From the sequence record NC_022968.1: DNA of 64,000 nt. The stretch is one strand, 5' to 3'. The position numbers and the translations under genes are program-made. The notes beneath the pieces were generated by a model. It saw only the letters and a program-made list of their open reading frames with translations, was not told the DNA's origin and did no database searches. The DNA comes from Escherichia phage 4MG. Below are positions 63,990 through 64,000 of the stretch, piece after piece; the first letter of the stretch is position 1, and every line of letters starts with the position of its first letter.

Positions 63990-64000
63990 AGGAGAAGCGG

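Noticed and set aside
1-64000. Prophage or mobile-element boundaries (integrase, att sites, transposase)
   Set aside because: No integrase, recombinase or transposase motifs seen in any ORF; gene content and packing fit a virulent phage genome rather than an integrated element.

Overview
The window reads as a densely packed segment of a large virulent tailed-phage genome with an enterobacterial-type host (sigma70-like promoters, AAGGAG-type RBSs, a CCA enzyme closely resembling E. coli Cca). Everything here is from reading the sequence and ORF track by eye; no searches were run, and hand-placed coordinates may be off by 1-2 nt. Layout: (1) 1-33.1 kb, plus-strand genes: Endo VII-like nuclease, DnaQ-like exonuclease, dNMP kinase, HAD nucleotidase, ThyX-like, NrdA/NrdB, glutaredoxin, PhoH, GH19 endolysin, ClpP-like protease, N6-adenine methyltransferase, CCA tRNA nucleotidyltransferase, a Pol-beta-type nucleotidyltransferase, a GHKL ATPase and many small ORFs, several with stop/start overlaps. 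(2) 33.1-34.85 kb: a 1.75 kb ORF-free, repeat- and palindrome-rich region. (3) 34.85-44.7 kb: a minus-strand array of about 28 small genes in at least three transcription units, each gene preceded by a GC-rich hairpin and a conserved leader. (4) 44.7-46.0 kb: divergent promoters, an orphan promoter, tandem repeats and iterons. (5) 46-52.6 kb, minus strand: MazG-like, lipoprotein, HTH protein, metallopeptidase-vWA protein. (6) 52.6-64 kb, plus strand: ppGpp-hydrolase-like HD protein, MoxR-like AAA+ ATPase, DUF2829-like protein, macro domain, Rnl2-like RNA ligase, SleB-like hydrolase. No rRNA, tRNA, CRISPR array, integrase or virion structural genes were recognised. The most likely places for something undescribed are the 57.7-62.5 kb cluster, the hairpin-led small-gene array and the non-coding regions.
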